Source: Lytechinus pictus (Eukaryota). From it: DNA of 64,000 nt. Below the pieces are notes generated by a model. That model worked only from the letters and a program-made list of their open reading frames with translations. It did not search any database and was not told the origin of the DNA. How positions within the stretch are numbered: position 1 is the first letter of the stretch; each line of letters begins with the position of its first letter. The stretch lies in contig NC_087262.1 of the NCBI RefSeq assembly GCF_037042905.1, positions 5,332,001 to 5,396,000 on the forward strand, read 5' to 3'. Positions 63,367-64,000 of this stretch are shown piece after piece. Both the position numbers and the translations under genes were made by a program.

Positions 63367-64000
63367 ATCAGGTTGCGATTTTAAAAGGGTACATTTAAGG
63401 AAATGACAATTTTTTACTTGTAAAGTATGTAATCAAATTCTTTGGGGGATTTTATGCATGATTGAATGATTTGCTCATCTAATCGAAATAGATTAACTGA
63501 TACACGTTAAAATTAAAATGTTAGAGCACCATGAAAGGGCCAAGGTGTGACCACATATTGAAGTGTTCGATGATTGGTTGATCTTATCGTGCTATAGATT
63601 TTTCAACAAAAAAAGTGTTGATATGTCTATAACATTTTTTAATGTGGTAAATCCTCGTAGCGAGTTGTGCCTTCACACAACATGAAACTGATATCCGTGT
63701 CCAATTAATATTTGATAAGTTGTATTGTAATAAATATAAAATCTTTAGATTTTTTTTTACTTTTGGTATATTCTTGTTTTGTAAGGTTATTTCATACTTC
63801 TATTGGAAGGTGGTTATGGATTTAGAATTTCATTTTTGTTGACTCTTTAGTCGAAGAAAAGTGGGCCTATAGTGAAAGTGGAACATGAAGAACTGCGTGA
63901 ACTTTTTAGAAAATAGTGACACGATATCGAGGTCTTAGACCGTATGTGACACTTATCGTGCGGGGTAGGGCTAATTGGAATAGTGATACCGGTTCTCGGC

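Larger units (their letters stand above)
19269..64000 (+). other. PRKG1: Probable large first intron of PRKG1 (3' end not located)
   Basis: GTAAGT donor at 19269; no exon-2-like (cNMP-binding) peptide recognised downstream by eye. Confidence 0.55.

Noticed and set aside
63388-63401. Flank sequence GGTACATTTAAGGA resembling the element's pre-3'-LTR motif GGTACATTTAAAGGA
   Set aside because: 14 nt with an indel in AT-rich DNA, outside the TSD; probably chance, since one insertion cannot show targeting.

Overview
AT-rich animal genomic DNA. The tRNA-derived SINE and MITE content, together with the PKG sequence, suggest an invertebrate deuterostome, probably a sea urchin (inference). One host coding exon is recognisable: the first exon of a cGMP-dependent protein kinase I with an Ibeta-type leucine zipper (18991-19268, +). 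I recognised no further exon in the 45 kb downstream, so the rest of the window is probably intron 1. That DNA is packed with non-autonomous DNA transposons (CACT-ended, PIF/Harbinger-like, Kolobok-like, hAT-like), several of them nested, plus SINEs, microsatellites and minisatellites. The main feature is an intact, very young 9.3-kb BEL/Pao LTR retrotransposon (54068-63366, -) with apparently identical 1615-bp LTRs, an ATCAG TSD and a single 1869-aa Gag-PR-RT-RH-IN ORF. Its cis-architecture is unusual in three ways. (i) There is no tRNA PBS after the 5' LTR; the 12 nt at that position are the exact complement of the exon-exon junction created by removing a predicted 1115-nt spliceosomal intron from the LTR. 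(ii) A full-length degenerate tRNA-Asp(GTC) copy, including CCA, lies in the 3' UTR. (iii) The tRNA-Asp 3' end GGAGCCA abuts the 3' LTR where a PPT should be. Together these suggest a non-canonical priming or replication scheme: splice-generated self-priming, tRNA-primed second-strand synthesis, or an antisense genomic RNA. All alignments were done by eye and need computational confirmation.
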